From: an uncultured Bacteroidales bacterium
GTDB taxonomy: Bacteria > Bacteroidota > Bacteroidia > Bacteroidales > VadinHA17
Length of the DNA: 64,000 nt
Assembly (NCBI GenBank): GCA_963736735.1
Contig: CAVTPX010000005.1
Coordinates: 159,932-223,931, forward strand
Direction of reading: 5' to 3'
Both the position numbers and the translations under genes were made by a program. Below are positions 62,058 to 64,000 of this stretch, piece after piece (within the stretch, counting starts at the first letter, position 1; each line of letters opens with the position of its first letter). The notes under the pieces were generated by a model that saw only the letters and a list, made by a program, of their open reading frames with translations, was not told where the DNA came from and made no database searches.

Positions 62058-62188
62058 CCCCTTCGGGGTTTCATGACCGCAAGACTGCATGACCTTCAGA
62101 CTTCAGACCTTCAGACTATAAAAATGTCACCCCTACGGGGTTTCAGGACCGCAAGACTGCATGACCGCAGGACTTCAGACATCAGACC
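62058..62188. repeat. Second repeat family: two ~37-bp copies (CCCC-loop-GGGG hairpin + tttca(t/g)gaccgcaagactgcatgacc), each followed by ttcagac-type short tandem repeats
   Basis: Copy 1 is 62058-62094 (ccccttcggggtttcatgaccgcaagactgcatgacc) and copy 2 is 62130-62166 (cccctacggggtttcaggaccgcaagactgcatgacc). The heptamer runs are at 62095-62116 and 62171-62188. Confidence 0.75.
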
Positions 62189-62276
62189 TTCTAACCTCAT
62201 ACAATATCACTTCTCCTAATAATTGTTAAATTTCCTATTTATGACAATAATCATATGACGCCCATTTAATGGGAGA

Positions 62277-62284
62277 TATATTTG
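62277..62284 (+). promoter_or_regulatory. Putative -7 box TATATTTG (exact TAnnTTTG match) of an orphan transcription unit
   Basis: It lies 11 nt upstream of AAGTGTA of site E. This is the same box-to-operator spacing as at the GH51 promoter (32842/32861). Confidence 0.35.
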
Positions 62285-62294
62285 CTGCATCTAA

Positions 62295-62315
62295 TAAGTG
62301 TATTTCATACACGAT
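62295..62315. promoter_or_regulatory. Candidate operator site E (TAAGTGT-atttcat-ACACGAT) with no downstream coding gene
   Basis: The sequence is ctaaTAAGTGTatttcatACACgat, with perfect core GTGTA-N5-TACAC. Confidence 0.45.
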
Positions 62316-62387
62316 TTAGAATGTAAGCTGCCTTTCGATTTTCATAGGTCATAAAAAGACAGTTTAGGTTTTTTAGGGGTTAATTGT

Positions 62388-62415
62388 GCCGGGGTTTACG
62401 CCCCGGCTTTCTTTT
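62388..62415 (+). terminator. Rho-independent terminator
   Basis: gccgggg-tttacg-ccccggc followed by tttctttt. It lies between site E and the methyltransferase promoter. Confidence 0.65.
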
Positions 62416-62438
62416 AGCTATATTCCTTCCCTGTTCAT

Positions 62439-62446
62439 TATATTTG
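62439..62446 (+). promoter_or_regulatory. Putative -7 box TATATTTG for the methyltransferase gene
   Basis: This is an exact TAnnTTTG match 18 nt upstream of the ATG at 62465. Confidence 0.35.
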
Positions 62447-62464
62447 TACAGAAATGAACTCACT

Positions 62465-63835
62465 ATGCTCCCTGAGGAATTCCTGCAAAGAATAAATACC
62501 CAGCCATATATTGATTCGCAATCGTTGCAGGCAGCGCTGCTTCAGCCTGCCCCGGTCTCGGTCAGGATCAATCCGGCTAAATGGATAGCAGAGGTCAGCG
62601 GGTACGAAGGTGTACCCTGGGAGCAAAACGGTTTTTATCTACCCGCAAGACCTCTATATACTCTTGATCCCTTATTTCATGCCGGAGCCTATTACCCGCA
62701 GGAGGCCTCAGGCATGTTCACGGGAGAACTCTTCAGGCAGGTTACTTCCGGAATGAAAAATCTGCGCGTGCTTGACCTCTGCGGCGCTCCCGGAGGTAAA
62801 ACCACACACATATCCTCGATCATCGGTGACAACGGATTCCTGATAGCCAATGAGGTAATCCGTCAGCGCTCAGCAATTCTGGCTGAAAATGTTACCAAGT
62901 GGGGGATGGGCAATACAACTGTTACTCAGAATGATCCCTCAGTCTTCGCCTCCCTGGAAGATTTTTTTGATATTGTAATTGTAGATGCTCCCTGCTCCGG
63001 CGAGGGGATGTTTCACGATGAAATGGCCGTAAGGGAATGGTCCATCGCCAACACGCAATTGTGCAGCGAACGTCAGAAACGAATTCTTTCGGATATTTGG
63101 CCTTCCCTTAAACCAGGAGGCGTTCTCATCTATTCGACATGTACCTTTAACGGCGCGGAGAACGAACAAAACATAAAGTGGCTCTCTGAGGCAACCGGGG
63201 CTGAGACCGTAAGGGCTGACATCGCCGCTTTCCCGGGCATAACTGAGATAGAATACCTGGGAATTACAGGTTACGGATTCCATCCCGGCAGAGATAAAGG
63301 GAGACGGATTTTTCATAGCCGCTCTCCGAAAACAGGATGATAAGAGTCCCAGGCATATCAGGCTAAGGGGAGGTGACCAGGGAGTGCCTGCCAGAATATC
63401 GGAGAAAATCAATGCCATGACCTCCTTTGATCCTGAAAAGATCATTTTTACATGAGAACAGGATCATCGCCCCTGCCGCATCCAGAGATCTAAACAGATA
63501 TTTGGCTGACAGACTTACTGTTGTCAAGTCGGGGACCATGATCGGTGAGATGAAGAACGAAACATTTCATCCCCGCCCACGATCTGGCCATGTCAGTTAA
63601 ACTGAACAAATCATTCTGGCCCCGTTATGATGCCTCATGGGACGATGCAATTGCCTTTCTCCGACTGGAGGATCTCAGAATTCCTGACATGCCGGTCGGC
63701 AGGATACTTGTCTGTTACCGCGAAGTGCCGCTGGGGTTTGTAAATAACCTGGGCAAGAGAACCAACAATGGCTACCCTCAGTCGTGGCGCATACGGATGG
63801 CAAAAAACGATTCATTTGTTCCTGTCATATTATAA
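62465..63835 (+). pseudogene. RsmB/RsmF-like (NOL1/NOP2/Sun) rRNA m5C methyltransferase, three +1 frameshifts in the C-terminal third (or sequence errors)
   Basis: The ATG at 62465 gives MLPEEFLQRINTQ. The SAM-binding region is VLDLCGAPGGKTTHI, and the catalytic Cys motifs are DAPCSGEGM and IYSTCTF. After ~63300 the reading moves through frames 2,3,1,2 (GDGFFIAALRK..., ENRIIAPAAS..., PAHDLAMSVKLNKSFW...GYPQSWRIRM). Confidence 0.75.
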
Positions 63836-63924
63836 ATTTCTGTTAAACTAAACTTTCACAAGCGTGCCTTGTTGTTGTTTAAAACAAATTATATCCTACA
63901 TTTATCCGGAACATTTTCTGACCT

Positions 63925-64000
63925 ATGAAGACAGATATCGATATTGCTCAGAGTGCGGTGATAAGGCCCATTACCGAAGTTGCAAAGAAACTGGGACTGA
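63925..64000 (+). CDS. fhs: Formate--tetrahydrofolate ligase, N-terminal 25 codons (continues beyond the window)
   Basis: MKTDIDIAQSAVIRPITEVAKKLGL matches the conserved Fhs N-terminus (M-K-[ST]-D-I-[ED]-I-A-Q...). Confidence 0.75.
   Translation, partial: MKTDIDIAQSAVIRPITEVAKKLGL

Noticed and set aside
62384-62464. Upstream extension of the methyltransferase ORF (start at 62384)
   Set aside because: The extension would translate through a terminator hairpin and a TATATTTG promoter box. The ATG at 62465 gives a family-typical N-terminus.
2764-63835. Programmed +1 ribosomal frameshifting as the explanation for the uniform +1 shifts
   Set aside because: The sites occur in eight unrelated genes and share no common slippery or stimulatory motif that I could see. 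Several sit at simple homopolymers, and up to four occur in one gene. Insertion-type sequence error or decay is far more parsimonious.

Overview
This is a 64-kb Bacteroidota-style chromosomal segment, judged from its SusC/SusD pairs, a DUF4249 gene and TAnnTTTG-like promoter boxes. By eye it is roughly 45-55% GC, with two blocks near 30-36% GC. Most of the window is an L-arabinose / beta-L-arabinofuranoside utilisation supercluster. (i) 7.9-20.8 kb holds a disrupted SSS/SGLT symporter, araA, a Nudix-type AraR-like regulator, araD and araB, with araB translationally coupled to three tandem GH127 genes. (ii) 21.1-48.3 kb is a PUL with two SusC/SusD pairs, an SGBP-like lipoprotein, a CBM-GH51, a fourth GH127/146-like enzyme, two tandem ~930-aa uncharacterised paralogues, a metallophosphoesterase, GH31 and galM. 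The flanks carry a YeiH-like membrane protein, an MG2-like protein, DUF4249, a TonB-dependent receptor, a truncated LytS/LytTR two-component remnant fused in frame to a TlpA-like thioredoxin fragment, and a distant third paralogue of the ~930-aa family. They also carry an AT-rich block encoding an ABC-ATPase::MutS-domain fusion plus a small membrane protein, a tandem-DUF1080 + Gfo/Idh/MocA pair, a GH3-PA14, a CDF transporter without its C-terminal domain, a hairpin tandem-repeat array, a disrupted RsmB/F-like methyltransferase and the start of fhs. The observations most worth a second look are these. (1) A palindromic operator, AAAGTGT-N7-ACACTTT, occurs at six intergenic sites, linking the ara operon, the PUL promoters, the distant paralogue and an orphan promoter-terminator unit. 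(2) A ~150-aa discoidin-like module recurs in four proteins, including as an insertion inside a SusD-like protein. (3) The uncharacterised ~930-aa family is present three times. (4) The ABC::MutS fusion is an unusual architecture. (5) At least 16 frame disruptions are all in the +1 direction, which most likely reflects insertion-biased sequence error. All family calls rest on motif recognition by eye; no database search was possible.
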